Origin: a virus
Lineage: Duplodnaviria; Caudoviricetes
Virus record (IMG/VR): IMGVR_UViG_2643221933_000001
Location: 16,451 to 80,450 of that record
Length of the DNA: 64,000 nucleotides
Direction: 5' to 3' (one strand)
The notes under the pieces are model-generated. The model had not been told where the DNA came from. It did not search any database and was given only the letters and a program-made list of their open reading frames with translations. Every line of letters starts with the position of its first letter. Position 1 is the stretch's first letter. This document shows, piece by piece, positions 28,354 through 37,605 of the stretch. The position numbers were made by a program, and so were the translations under genes.

Positions 28354-28587
28354 ATGAACCAGTATCGAACACCGACCGGCGCCCTCATCATTGGAGCCAC
28401 CGAGACCACACCCTGCGTGGCCAGCATCGCCGGCATCAACGCGGACGGCACTCCCGAGTATGACGGGAACGGCTCCACCATGGACTGGGACAACCAGACC
28501 GCTCGGACCCGAGGCGACAAGATCCTCTTCGTCGACGAGAACGGCGCCGAGTGGACGTTCGACCAGCTCACACCGCTAACGGCCTGA
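28354..28587 (+). CDS. Hypothetical protein
   Basis: WD.Q and FVDENG.EW motifs. Confidence 0.6.
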   Translation: MNQYRTPTGALIIGATETTPCVASIAGINADGTPEYDGNGSTMDWDNQTARTRGDKILFVDENGAEWTFDQLTPLTA

Positions 28588-28670
28588 GTACACTGTAGGC
28601 AGCCATTTCCGATATTCCGCAGCGCACCGCCTGCGAATACCTTTTCGACATCACCAACAAGGAACACACC

Positions 28671-29528
28671 ATGAAGAAATTCTTCCTGGCGGCAGCATTT
28701 GTGCTGCTCGCTCTGCCGGCGCATGCCCTGACGCTTTGCACCGGCGCCGCCGATCAGCCCTATGCCCAGGCCGGCGACATGATCAAGGCCGAAGCCGCCG
28801 GCAATGGCCTCGAGATCGAGGTCATCAAGGACACCGGCGGAACCTGGGGCAACATCCAGCTCTCGCTGCAGGGCAAGTGCGATGCGATCATCGCTCAGCC
28901 GGATGGTCTCGCCTACCTCAAGCGCACCGAGCCGGCGAACGCGGCCAAGTTTCTGCCGATCGCAGATCTGCACCGTGAATACCTCCATGCGCTCTGCAGC
29001 AAGAACAGCGGCGTCAGCGACGTCGGTGAGCTCGAGAACGACGCTGCGAAATACTCGATCGCTCTCGGTGAGCGCGGCTCCGGGGCTTGGCTGATCTGGC
29101 AGAACTTCATCGCTGAAGACGACGACTATGCCGGCGTCCGGCCCACATCGGAAAGCGGCGAGGATGCTCTCTCGGCCGTCGCCAACGACCAGACCACATG
29201 CATGCTCGTGCCGGCCGCTCTCAACAACTCGGTGGTTCGCACCGCCGACGAGCTCTACGGCGACGGGCTGGCGCTGGTCGGCGTCAACGACCGGGACTTC
29301 GACGACGCTCCCGATGCCCAGGGCAAGCCGCTCTACACCTACGCTCAGATCCCCTCCCGCACCTACAAGAACAGCCTGCAGGGTCTGTTCTCCGGGAAGG
29401 ACACTCTCTCCTGGCTCGCCAAGGTCTACGTCAACACGACGAGCCTGAACGACGCCGCCCAGCGCAAGCTTCTCATCCGCTCGGTCATGAAGACCCGGCA
29501 GACCATCGTCTCCAGCTTCGGGAGCTAA
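28671..29528 (+). CDS. TAXI-type TRAP solute-binding protein
   Basis: Signal peptide; TG....Y, TGGT..N, AI.QPD, LHREYLH, G.RGSG motifs. Confidence 0.75.
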   Translation: MKKFFLAAAFVLLALPAHALTLCTGAADQPYAQAGDMIKAEAAGNGLEIEVIKDTGGTWGNIQLSLQGKCDAIIAQPDGLAYLKRTEPANAAKFLPIADLHREYLHALCSKNSGVSDVGELENDAAKYSIALGERGSGAWLIWQNFIAEDDDYAGVRPTSESGEDALSAVANDQTTCMLVPAALNNSVVRTADELYGDGLALVGVNDRDFDDAPDAQGKPLYTYAQIPSRTYKNSLQGLFSGKDTLSWLAKVYVNTTSLNDAAQRKLLIRSVMKTRQTIVSSFGS

Positions 29529-29535
29529 CCACCTC

Positions 29536-29655
29536 ATGATGATCGCAGTCTTCAACAACCTGCCCGAGCTGATCCTCGGGCTCACCTGGACTGGTGTCGT
29601 CTTCTCGCTCGGCCGTCGCTTCCAGCGCTGGCAGTCCAACCGCTACTCCGTGTAG
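29536..29655 (+). CDS. 39-aa single-pass membrane peptide
   Basis: GGAG SD; hydrophobic helix followed by a basic tail; missing from the ORF track. Confidence 0.5.
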   Translation: MMIAVFNNLPELILGLTWTGVVFSLGRRFQRWQSNRYSV

Positions 29656-29717
29656 CCGCTGGGCTTTTGTTTCGGCTCCCCTGCAGGGGAGCCGTTTCAC
29701 AAACCCAGGAGCCTCTC

Positions 29718-30194
29718 ATGAACACGTTTTTCATCAGCGACACCCACTTCGGCCACCGTGGCATCATGGAGCACTGCCGACCCCAGTTTTCGTCCGTCGA
29801 AGCGATGGACGAGTTCATGATCGACCAGTGGAACAAGATCGTCACACCGCAGGATCGGGTCTACCACCTCGGTGACTTCGCCTGGACCGTCAAGGATGCC
29901 AAGCGCGTCCGCAAGCGGCTGAACGGCACGATCCGCTTGGTCGCCGGCAATCACGACGACATCCTTGAGCTGGCCGAGGCCAGGCTGTTCCAGCGGATCT
30001 ACATGTGGCGGGTCTTCGCGGAGCAGGGGTTCATCGCAACTCATGTGCCGATGCGCCGCGACCAGCTCCGCAACGGATGCTGGATGAATGTCCACGGACA
30101 TATCCACGAACAGCCGTCGCCCGAAGCCTTCCACCGCAATGTCTGCGTCGAGCAGACGAACTACAAACCCACCCCCATGGAGGAACTGCAATGA
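29718..30194 (+). CDS. Calcineurin-like metallophosphoesterase
   Basis: DTHFGH, LGD, GNHD, H.P, HGHIH. Confidence 0.9.
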   Translation: MNTFFISDTHFGHRGIMEHCRPQFSSVEAMDEFMIDQWNKIVTPQDRVYHLGDFAWTVKDAKRVRKRLNGTIRLVAGNHDDILELAEARLFQRIYMWRVFAEQGFIATHVPMRRDQLRNGCWMNVHGHIHEQPSPEAFHRNVCVEQTNYKPTPMEELQ

Positions 30195-30514
30195 CCCAGA
30201 AATTCCGTCAAGGTGATATCGTCACCGTCCGAGCGACCGTGAGCAGCGATGACAGCTACGATCCCGATAGGGCGTACGTCCGGCCGTTCGGCAGCCACAC
30301 CGACATCTTCGTCTCGCTCGACGCGACAGAGATGCTCTACCCGTTCTTCAAGGTCCGCGACCGCGTTGTCGGCAAGGAAACGGGCTTCGCTGGTGCAGTC
30401 GTCGCGACCTTCGACGACCAGTGCTGGGTTCGCTTCGACAGCGGCTCGCTCGCGACAATCCAGGCAACCGACCTGGTGCTCGAGGAGCAGAAGAACATGG
30501 AGGTCGCCGCCTGA
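30191..30514 (+). CDS. Hypothetical SH3/KOW-like protein
   Basis: Two F..GD.V repeats. Confidence 0.6.
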   Translation: MTQKFRQGDIVTVRATVSSDDSYDPDRAYVRPFGSHTDIFVSLDATEMLYPFFKVRDRVVGKETGFAGAVVATFDDQCWVRFDSGSLATIQATDLVLEEQKNMEVAA

Positions 30515-30702
30515 TGGCGAAGTTCCTCGTCACTCTCGAAGAGACCGTCCGCTACACCGTCGAGGTGGAAGCAGACAATCAGCTTGCTGCCGAGGAATTG
30601 GCTCCCGACATCTGGGCCGCATCCGAGGATCCGACCCAGGACTTTCTCGGGGAAGGGCAGGGGGTGGAGGTTTGCTTTAGCCGTCCGAGCGCCGGACGCT
30701 GA
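30514..30702 (+). CDS. DpnD/PcfM-like small protein
   Basis: V.LEET....VEVEAD...A. Confidence 0.5.
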   Translation: MAKFLVTLEETVRYTVEVEADNQLAAEELAPDIWAASEDPTQDFLGEGQGVEVCFSRPSAGR

Positions 30703-30893
30703 ACTCGTAATCCCCGAGCATCACGTCATCCGTGTGGAGCCCTTCGAGCGCCACATTGAGAACCACCTGCCCCTCCCGAGCCATGTACGCCACCACGGTG
30801 TAGAGCGCCGAAGTCACTTCGGCCGGCAGATCCTCGATCGTCGTCAGAGCGGGGGGCTTCATCAAAATCATCTCCATGAACAAGGACCAATCT

Positions 30894-31151
30894 ATGTCTG
30901 AAAATGAAACCAGCGTCGAGAACGTCGCCGCGGCCGAGCTTCGTCAATTCATCGAGCGCATCGAGCGCCTTGAGGAAGAGAAGGCTGCGATCAGCGACGA
31001 CATCAAGGATGTCATGGGCGAGGCCAAGGGCCGCGGCTTTGACACCAAGGCGATCAAGACCATCATCCGGCTGCGGAAGAAGGATGCCAACGAGCGTCTC
31101 GAGGAGGAGACGATCCTCCAGACCTACATGGCCGCTTTGGGCATGGAATAA
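30894..31151 (+). CDS. gapR: GapR/DUF2312 nucleoid-associated protein
   Basis: [30 protein letters not shown]. Confidence 0.9.
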   Translation: MSENETSVENVAAAELRQFIERIERLEEEKAAISDDIKDVMGEAKGRGFDTKAIKTIIRLRKKDANERLEEETILQTYMAALGME

Positions 31152-31154
31152 CCA

Positions 31155-31358
31155 ATGGCGGATCTTGTGGCGGGGCCGTGCAGTCATTGCACGACCCCCA
31201 ACCCAACCGTCTCCCGGAAGTCGGGGCGGGCGGGCCGGATCTCCCGCACCTCATGGTACCGGGAGACGGTCACCTGCACCCACTGCAAGATCAGCGTGAC
31301 CGCCGGCACCCCCGGGAACGCGATCCGCTTCTGGAACCGATCCAACCACCCCGCCTAG
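31155..31358 (+). CDS. Lar-like (restriction alleviation) zinc protein
   Basis: PCxxC...VxCxxC...AI..WNR. Confidence 0.55.
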   Translation: MADLVAGPCSHCTTPNPTVSRKSGRAGRISRTSWYRETVTCTHCKISVTAGTPGNAIRFWNRSNHPA

Positions 31359-31370
31359 AGCGGGGTTTTT
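31348..31370 (+). terminator. Intrinsic terminator
   Basis: ACCCCGC-CTAGA-GCGGGGT followed by a T tract. Confidence 0.7.
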
Positions 31371-31387
31371 CATTCAAAGGATGAACG

Positions 31388-31750
31388 ATGATCCACGACC
31401 TTGTCAGGGAAGCCCTCCGCAATGCTGCAGCAAACGGTGACCAGGAGAGGCTGCGAGCTATGAGCCTCGCTGAACAGGCGGCTGACCTCCACGAGTGTGA
31501 CGCCCTCCTCGAGAAGTTCAAGTTCAAGCAGGTGTTTGACGCCTTGTGCGACGTGCTCCTCGAGACTGAGGTCGCCTACTTCCTCAACAAGATGCAGCTC
31601 GAGCGCCGGAAGCACCGGCTGCTCGATCCTGTCCACGCTATTCGGTTCGCGCTCAGCACCGACGAGGGACTTGAGTTCCTCCGGAGCTGGAACGAGGGCG
31701 ACTGGAAGATGTGCGCCTACTGCTGGCCGGAATGGAAGGTGTTCGAGTGA
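31388..31750 (+). CDS. Hypothetical protein
   Basis: SD AAGGA; FLRSW.EGDW motif. Confidence 0.6.
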   Translation: MIHDLVREALRNAAANGDQERLRAMSLAEQAADLHECDALLEKFKFKQVFDALCDVLLETEVAYFLNKMQLERRKHRLLDPVHAIRFALSTDEGLEFLRSWNEGDWKMCAYCWPEWKVFE

Positions 31751-32040
31751 ACGTCAGCCTCGAAGACCAGGCCTTGCAGCTCCGCAACCGGATCGTGGCG
31801 CTGCAAGAGCGGCTGGACAAGGTGAAAGCCAGGATCCACCGCAAGTACGTGAAAGAGAGCGGCCTCGTCGGCCGCATCGCCCGATCGGAACGCCTGCCGG
31901 AAGGCATCCAGATCGACGACGTCGTCTTCAAGACCTGGGCGCCGCGAGAGCCGCAAGCCGTGAGTGGCTACCGGCTCGACAACCCCGACGCCTACCGAAC
32001 CATCCACCTCATCACACCAGGATTTCAGATCGATGAGTGA
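31747..32040 (+). CDS. Hypothetical protein
   Basis: GTGA coupling. Confidence 0.55.
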   Translation: MNVSLEDQALQLRNRIVALQERLDKVKARIHRKYVKESGLVGRIARSERLPEGIQIDDVVFKTWAPREPQAVSGYRLDNPDAYRTIHLITPGFQIDE

Positions 32041-32233
32041 GCAATCGCTGACCCAACGCGCCTACCAGCACAACAGCTCGGCCTTCCTGGCCGAGCTCCA
32101 CACCGCCGCAGCCGCCCGCCGGATGCACAACGACCGACCCGGCGCTCTCGAGATCGAGCGGGCCATCGCTTCGGCGCCGAGCATCGAGAACGAGTGGACG
32201 ATTGCAGTCGCGAGGAGGTTCTTGGTCGAGTGA
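32033..32233 (+). CDS. Hypothetical protein
   Basis: Overlap coupling. Confidence 0.5.
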   Translation: MSEQSLTQRAYQHNSSAFLAELHTAAAARRMHNDRPGALEIERAIASAPSIENEWTIAVARRFLVE

Positions 32234-32412
32234 TCTTCGTCATCGCCCCCGGCACCAAAGAGCTAGTCCCGCTCGGTGACCTGTTTCGAATGAAGCTCCC
32301 GCTCCGTTACGGGTGGGATGGCTGGATCCACAAGGACAAGACCAGCGGGCGTCTCCGACGCTTTCCATCATACCGAAGGCTCAGAGCCTTCCTCGATCAA
32401 CCCGCCCGCTGA
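32230..32412 (+). CDS. Hypothetical protein
   Basis: GTGA coupling; stop inside the terminator. Confidence 0.45.
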   Translation: MIFVIAPGTKELVPLGDLFRMKLPLRYGWDGWIHKDKTSGRLRRFPSYRRLRAFLDQPAR

Positions 32413-32424
32413 GGCGGGTTTTTT
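32399..32424 (+). terminator. Intrinsic terminator
   Basis: ACCCGCC...GGCGGGT followed by a T tract. Confidence 0.7.
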
Positions 32425-32444
32425 GTAAGCGGAGGACAACCTAT

Positions 32445-33167
32445 ATGTTCTACAGCCTCACCAAAATCAGCCGAAACGTCAAACTCGGCCCCATGCCAGC
32501 ATCAACCTCCGCAAGGGCGACTTGCCCCTCATCATGCCCTTTGAAAGGGAAGGGCGGATGCTATGCCGAGTATGGGCCCATGTCGATCTTCTGGGGGAAG
32601 GTCGATAGGGGAGAGGTGGGAGGTAACTTCGACACTTTCGTCAAGGAAGTGGAACAGTTGCCGCGGCGACAGATGTGGCGCTATGCTCAAGCGGGAGATC
32701 TCCCGGGTGAGGGTGACTCGATCGACAGAGAACAAATGACCAGACTCGCCAAGGCCAACCGGGGTCGGCCTGTAATTGCATTCACACATAAGCCTGCGAC
32801 GGTCGAAAACATCGAGACACTGAGGCAAGCGAGAGACCTAGGCTTTTCAGTCAACCTTTCTGCTAATAATGTCGGTCATGCGGACGAGTTGGTGAAACAC
32901 GGCTTGAATGTTGTCGTTGTCTTGCCCACGGAATACGCACGGGAGAAAGAAGAGACCAACACCGAGTATCGGGCACGTCTCAACAGCCTTCCAAAACATA
33001 CGCCGGACGGAAATCGAATTGCTGTTTGTCCGGCAACGTACACTGAAACGAATTGCTTGCAGTGTGGGGCCTGCGCCAAGAGTGGGGATCGGAGTGCCAT
33101 CATCGGCTTCCCGGCCCACGGAACTAAGAAAAAGCAGGTCTCTCAGATGGCGACGGCCTCTGGATGA
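32445..33167 (+). CDS. Cys-rich GP88/DUF7227-like protein
   Basis: N.KLG, TCPxxC....GCYA, GD, CPA....C..C..C, IGF.AHG. Confidence 0.7.
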   Translation: MFYSLTKISRNVKLGPMPASTSARATCPSSCPLKGKGGCYAEYGPMSIFWGKVDRGEVGGNFDTFVKEVEQLPRRQMWRYAQAGDLPGEGDSIDREQMTRLAKANRGRPVIAFTHKPATVENIETLRQARDLGFSVNLSANNVGHADELVKHGLNVVVVLPTEYAREKEETNTEYRARLNSLPKHTPDGNRIAVCPATYTETNCLQCGACAKSGDRSAIIGFPAHGTKKKQVSQMATASG

Positions 33168-33189
33168 GACGCTGGAAGGAACGCAATAG

Positions 33190-33417
33190 ATGATGACAAC
33201 CGTGACGATACCCCATGATTTAGCTACTGCCATTATTGATGTTGTCAATGAACTCGCGAGCGAGCTCGATCTGCATTACGAGGACGACGACCTGGTCGCC
33301 TGTGCTCCAACGATCGAGAAAATGGAGCGGCTCGTAGCCATGCTGAGACAGGCCGGCTATGAGTGCCCAGAGACATATCAACACATAGTTGAGCGGTATC
33401 ATCTTAGCCTCAACTAG
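33190..33417 (+). CDS. Small acidic hypothetical protein
   Basis: AAGGA SD; lower GC. Confidence 0.55.
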   Translation: MMTTVTIPHDLATAIIDVVNELASELDLHYEDDDLVACAPTIEKMERLVAMLRQAGYECPETYQHIVERYHLSLN

Positions 33418-33727
33418 GATGATATTCTTATTCAACTTGTGTGATCACATTCGTGTTGGATCCACAATCTCCCCTATTGTGCAAATCGATCGGGACATGT
33501 AGAACGCGCCGAACCCCCAAAATCGACTAGGAAACGCCCCTTTTCCCACCCGCTTCACCCACCCTTAGAGCGGCGCTGTGGAACTGTGGTCTGGACTCGT
33601 CTGCCATTTTAACCCGTGGCACCTCTTGCCACTAACCCCGAGTTAGGATTATCCTCCTACCAAGAAATGAGGCACTTACCGTCAACTATCTGACTGCTTC
33701 ATGTAGGGGCAGCTAAAAGAGACCGCG

Positions 33728-34168
33728 ATGACCACTACCCCAACCTGGCATGCCACAGCTTTGAATGATCTCGAGAACAGCGGCCTGTCCGTTGCGGAGA
33801 TTGCTGCGAAATATAAACGCTCTGTCGTCACAATCCGCAAGCTGTATCAGCGTAGCGGCGTGGTTCGGCTCAACAAGCCGAAGACAAAGGGACCGACTAA
33901 GCGTGATAACCGGTTGCCGATCTCCCGGGAACACCACGCGATCGGCATCCGCCTCAACATGGCCCGGGCCGGCCGTGGGGTGAAGGAGTTTGCAGACACG
34001 CTCGGCGTGAGCCATGTCGCTCTGGCCCAGATGGAAGTCGGGCAGTATGACTTCCGGCTCAGCCACCTCATGGCGATTGCCAAGGCCACCAATCTTCCGA
34101 TCGACGCACTGATGCAGTCGTTCGAAAGCAATCTCTACAAAAACGGGAGGACGAATGCACGTCATTAA
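33728..34168 (+). CDS. XRE-family HTH transcriptional regulator with an additional N-terminal HTH
   Basis: GLSVAEIA..Y and EFADTLGVS..ALAQMEVG..D..LS.L..IA. Confidence 0.75.
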   Translation: MTTTPTWHATALNDLENSGLSVAEIAAKYKRSVVTIRKLYQRSGVVRLNKPKTKGPTKRDNRLPISREHHAIGIRLNMARAGRGVKEFADTLGVSHVALAQMEVGQYDFRLSHLMAIAKATNLPIDALMQSFESNLYKNGRTNARH

Positions 34169-34370
34169 GAGCCACGAGCAATACTTCAAGACGGTGAGTG
34201 ACTACAACAGGGCTCCGGGGTGGCAGAAGGACATGCTTCTCCGCGGAACACTGCTCAGCAAGTGCAATGAGATTGAGCCGGTGAGCGTACGCCACCGGCT
34301 TCGGCGTTTCTGGGTCCAAGAGGCTGCAAAAAGGGACAAGACCCTGCAGACATTGCAAACCTGGAAGTAG
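34155..34370 (+). CDS. Hypothetical protein
   Basis: GGAGG SD. Confidence 0.55.
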   Translation: MHVIKSHEQYFKTVSDYNRAPGWQKDMLLRGTLLSKCNEIEPVSVRHRLRRFWVQEAAKRDKTLQTLQTWK

Positions 34371-34378
34371 TTTCCCAT

Positions 34379-34567
34379 ATGGAACTCATGACCACGGAAC
34401 GCCAAACTCTCACCGCCAAACGCGACAAACTTCTCAGCGAGTTCAACTCGAAAGCAAGCTGGGATCCAGAGCGCTACGATGAGGTCGTCAGCCTCGACAA
34501 AAGCATCTCGGGAATGCCCGACGATGAACCAGAACTGGAGCTCAAGCCTCCGAGGAAAACCCGGTAG
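34379..34567 (+). CDS. Hypothetical protein
   Basis: Short ORF ending in the terminator. Confidence 0.5.
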   Translation: MELMTTERQTLTAKRDKLLSEFNSKASWDPERYDEVVSLDKSISGMPDDEPELELKPPRKTR

Positions 34568-34587
34568 ATCTGCTACCGGGTTTTTTT
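34557..34587 (+). terminator. Intrinsic terminator
   Basis: ACCCGGTAG-ATCTG-CTACCGGGT followed by a T tract. Confidence 0.8.
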
Positions 34588-34721
34588 GTGCCTACAGGAC
34601 AGCGCAGCGGGCGGTCGCTCGTAACACCCGCAGCCAGGGGTGGGGTCTCCTTTCATCCACTGACCTGGCCGTCTAGCTCGGACGTTAAACGAGCTTTCTC
34701 TCCAACAGCAAGGATACGACG

Positions 34722-35039
34722 ATGAGGATACTCTTTGAGGTTCTCGAGCGAGATCGCTTTGAGATCTACGACCCCTGTGTGCCCGCTGCGGCCGAGCCGG
34801 CGAAGATCCTGAAGGAGGCAGACGGCTTCGACACCGTCCGCATCTTGCTCTTCGACCCTGCAACGGTCCAGATCTCGGACATCACGGCCGAGCTGGCCAG
34901 CGAATACCAGGGCAGTTACGACGACAAGGCGCCGTTGTGGATCAAGCTTCTGCCTGATTTCGACGACCTGGCTTCCGAGGAGCGGCGTGAGGCTCGCGAG
35001 TGGGCTGCTCATGTTCGCTCTCTTCGAAATGCGGCCTGA
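34722..35039 (+). CDS. Hypothetical protein
   Basis: AAGGA SD. Confidence 0.6.
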   Translation: MRILFEVLERDRFEIYDPCVPAAAEPAKILKEADGFDTVRILLFDPATVQISDITAELASEYQGSYDDKAPLWIKLLPDFDDLASEERREAREWAAHVRSLRNAA

Positions 35040-35289
35040 CAATCGCCCGGGGGCGTTTCAAATACATCCCCGGGTTCACCTTCCCATGCTCGTCGGTCAA
35101 CGCTTTGACCAGCCGCTGCGGAAGATAGCCGAGCTCATCGAGCCGGCGCACCAGGCTGACAAGTTCGGGGACCAAGGTCACGGCTTCGTCGAACTTCTCC
35201 TGGGCTTTTTTCTCCTCATCGCGCTGCAAGACTTCAAGCTTCATGGCTTCGAGCTCTGCGATCTTTGCTTCAATCTCATTCAAATTCAC
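34942..35289 (-). CDS. Hypothetical coiled-coil protein
   Basis: GGAG SD before the GTG; divergent from the helicase. Confidence 0.5.
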   Translation of the reverse strand: MNLNEIEAKIAELEAMKLEVLQRDEEKKAQEKFDEAVTLVPELVSLVRRLDELGYLPQRLVKALTDEHGKVNPGMYLKRPRAIVRPHFEESEHEQPTREPHAAPRKPGRRNQAEA

Positions 35290-35302
35290 GGGCGGGTCTC
35301 CT

Positions 35303-36730
35303 ATGACTGACGCATCTCTCCGCGACTACCAAGTGGCGGATCTGGCCTTCTACATGGCCAACCCGAAATGCCTGAACCTGTCAGACGCTGGCACGGGAAA
35401 GACACCTTCGGTTTGCGTGATGCAGTGGTTCCTCTGGGACAATCTTGGCATCGGCACAGTGTGGCCGCAACCCAAATCTCTGTTGAAAAAGAACAAAAAA
35501 GAGATCCTGCGCTTCACCGGCTTCAAAGACGAGGATGTTGTCATCGTCGATGGCACCCCGAAACAGGTCGAGAAGCAGCTGGCGAGCGGCGCCAAGGTGT
35601 TCCTGATGGGCTTCCGCCGGCTGACTTTGTCATGGCGCAAACTGCCGGCCTACGTGAAGGCCGTCCACATCGACGAGCTCCACATGGGGTACAAGACAGC
35701 GGACAGCCAGAACTCGCTGCAGCTCTTCCGGATGTTCGACACCGGCCGGATGACACACTTCCTTGGCATGACTGGAACGCTGATCGACGGGAAACTGTCG
35801 TCCGCATATCCCGCCATCCGGATCATCGAGCCCCGCTACTACATGAGCCAGGAGGGCTTCCTGAACCATCACGCGGTCTTCGGCTTCGACAACAAGATCG
35901 AGGGCTGGAAGAACCACGACAAGCTCGCGAAGATCTTCGGCCGGCATGCCATCCGCCGCACGTTCGCGAGTGTCCATGGTGAGCAGGAGGTCGTCCACAT
36001 CCCGGAGATGGTGGACATGTCGCCACTCCAGCGGCGCTACTACGACACGTTCCGCGACGAGGCCGTCCTCGAGCTCGAGCAATTCTATCTCGACGGAACC
36101 CTGCCGGGGGTCGCATTCACCCGCGCCCGCCAGCTCATGGAGCACCCTGGCAACTTCCCAGACCTGCGGGAGCCTGGGAAATTCATCGACATCATGAAGG
36201 GCGAACCCACCGAGAAGGAGGAACGCCTCAAGGTGCATCTCGAAGAGCACTGGCTCAACGAGAAGCCCCTCATCATCTTCACGCCGCTGATCCCGCAGCA
36301 GCAGCGTGTTGCAGAAATTCTCGAGGCCATGCGCTTCAAGTTCGGCGTGATCAACGGCGACCAGTCTCGCAAGCAGCGTGACAAGGTCGACGAGGACTTC
36401 ATCGCTGGTCACATCCAGATCGTTCTCGCCACCGAACAGACCGCCTCGTTCGGATACAACTGGCAATTCAGCGGCAACAAGGAGGTAGATCATGAGATCT
36501 TCATGGCGCTCGGTTTCTCCGACGCCACTTTCGTCCAGGCCCGCCAACGGGCCATCCGTGGCAAACGCTCCACGCCTCTGAGGCTGACGACCTTGGAATA
36601 CAACGACTCCCTCGATCAGCACATCTGCAGCATCATCTACCGGAAAAGTCTGGACGCCAACAAGGTCGATCCATCCCGGCCCGTGCTGCAGCTCTCAGGC
36701 TTCGAACAAGAATACAAACTCGCTGCCTAG
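35303..36730 (+). CDS. SF2 (SNF2-like) helicase
   Basis: LRDYQ, GTGKT, IDELH, MTGT, Q...R..R. Confidence 0.9.
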   Translation: MTDASLRDYQVADLAFYMANPKCLNLSDAGTGKTPSVCVMQWFLWDNLGIGTVWPQPKSLLKKNKKEILRFTGFKDEDVVIVDGTPKQVEKQLASGAKVFLMGFRRLTLSWRKLPAYVKAVHIDELHMGYKTADSQNSLQLFRMFDTGRMTHFLGMTGTLIDGKLSSAYPAIRIIEPRYYMSQEGFLNHHAVFGFDNKIEGWKNHDKLAKIFGRHAIRRTFASVHGEQEVVHIPEMVDMSPLQRRYYDTFRDEAVLELEQFYLDGTLPGVAFTRARQLMEHPGNFPDLREPGKFIDIMKGEPTEKEERLKVHLEEHWLNEKPLIIFTPLIPQQQRVAEILEAMRFKFGVINGDQSRKQRDKVDEDFIAGHIQIVLATEQTASFGYNWQFSGNKEVDHEIFMALGFSDATFVQARQRAIRGKRSTPLRLTTLEYNDSLDQHICSIIYRKSLDANKVDPSRPVLQLSGFEQEYKLAA

Positions 36731-36849
36731 GCACACTATACCCAAGCCGATCAGGGCTAAAATTTCCAAAACACTCGTGCCAAATAACACTCACCGGAGC
36801 GAACAACTCGCCCCGGCGAAACGTGAAACTGTATCAAGGATTAGTTACT

Positions 36850-37560
36850 ATGTCTGACACCATCGCAGCAGCAATCGCAGCAGCACAGGCCGGCGCAGCC
36901 GAGCTCGCCAACACCGCTGGCGCTCTCGCAGCACAGGCTTCCACCGGTACCGCTCTCGGTGCTCCTGCTTCCGCCGGCGCCCCGCTCGGCCTCGACGACA
37001 TGATGGGTGGCGGCGTGTCCGTCGACCATTGGCTGAAGATCACCCAGTTCGGCCTGACCATCGGCGACAAGACGAAGCCGCTCGACTCGATCGACGTCTT
37101 CATCGACATGGCCGAAATCGCCTACAGCTTCCAGATCAAGTACCAGATGAACGGCAAGGCGGTCTACCACCGCACCTACGACCGTGTTCTGGACGCCCAG
37201 GGCGGTTCGTGGGCCGAGACGATGCGCAAGGCGCAGCAGATCGACGGCAAGGCCTACGAGTATCGTTCGGCTGAAATCCCAATGACGCTGGCAACTTCGG
37301 TCGTCAGCAAGGAAGCCGGCAAGAATGCAGCGGAAGCCGGTGAGCGCGTCGGCCTGACGCTCTCGACCACGGGCTGGAAGCAGTTCCAGACCTGGGTTCG
37401 TGATCTGGCCCGCAAGCAGATCGATGCCAAGAACGCGGTGCTCAAGGTCACCATCGGCTTCGAAGAAAAGCGGAAGGAAGGCGTCAACCCGTGGGGCGTC
37501 CCCACCTTCCTCGGCGCCGAGGAAGTCGACGTCATCCCTCACTTCGACACCGTCCACTAA
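36850..37560 (+). CDS. Probable single-stranded DNA-binding / replication accessory protein
   Basis: Position before the exonuclease and polymerase; beta-rich; own terminator; function by inference only. Confidence 0.5.
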   Translation: MSDTIAAAIAAAQAGAAELANTAGALAAQASTGTALGAPASAGAPLGLDDMMGGGVSVDHWLKITQFGLTIGDKTKPLDSIDVFIDMAEIAYSFQIKYQMNGKAVYHRTYDRVLDAQGGSWAETMRKAQQIDGKAYEYRSAEIPMTLATSVVSKEAGKNAAEAGERVGLTLSTTGWKQFQTWVRDLARKQIDAKNAVLKVTIGFEEKRKEGVNPWGVPTFLGAEEVDVIPHFDTVH

Positions 37561-37574
37561 TCGAAACCAGGGAG

Positions 37575-37599
37575 AAGGGGCGGCGCGAGCCGCCCTTTT
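37575..37599 (+). terminator. Intrinsic terminator
   Basis: GGGCGGC-GCGA-GCCGCCC-TTTT (GNRA loop). Confidence 0.7.
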
Positions 37600-37605
37600 C
37601 ATTTG

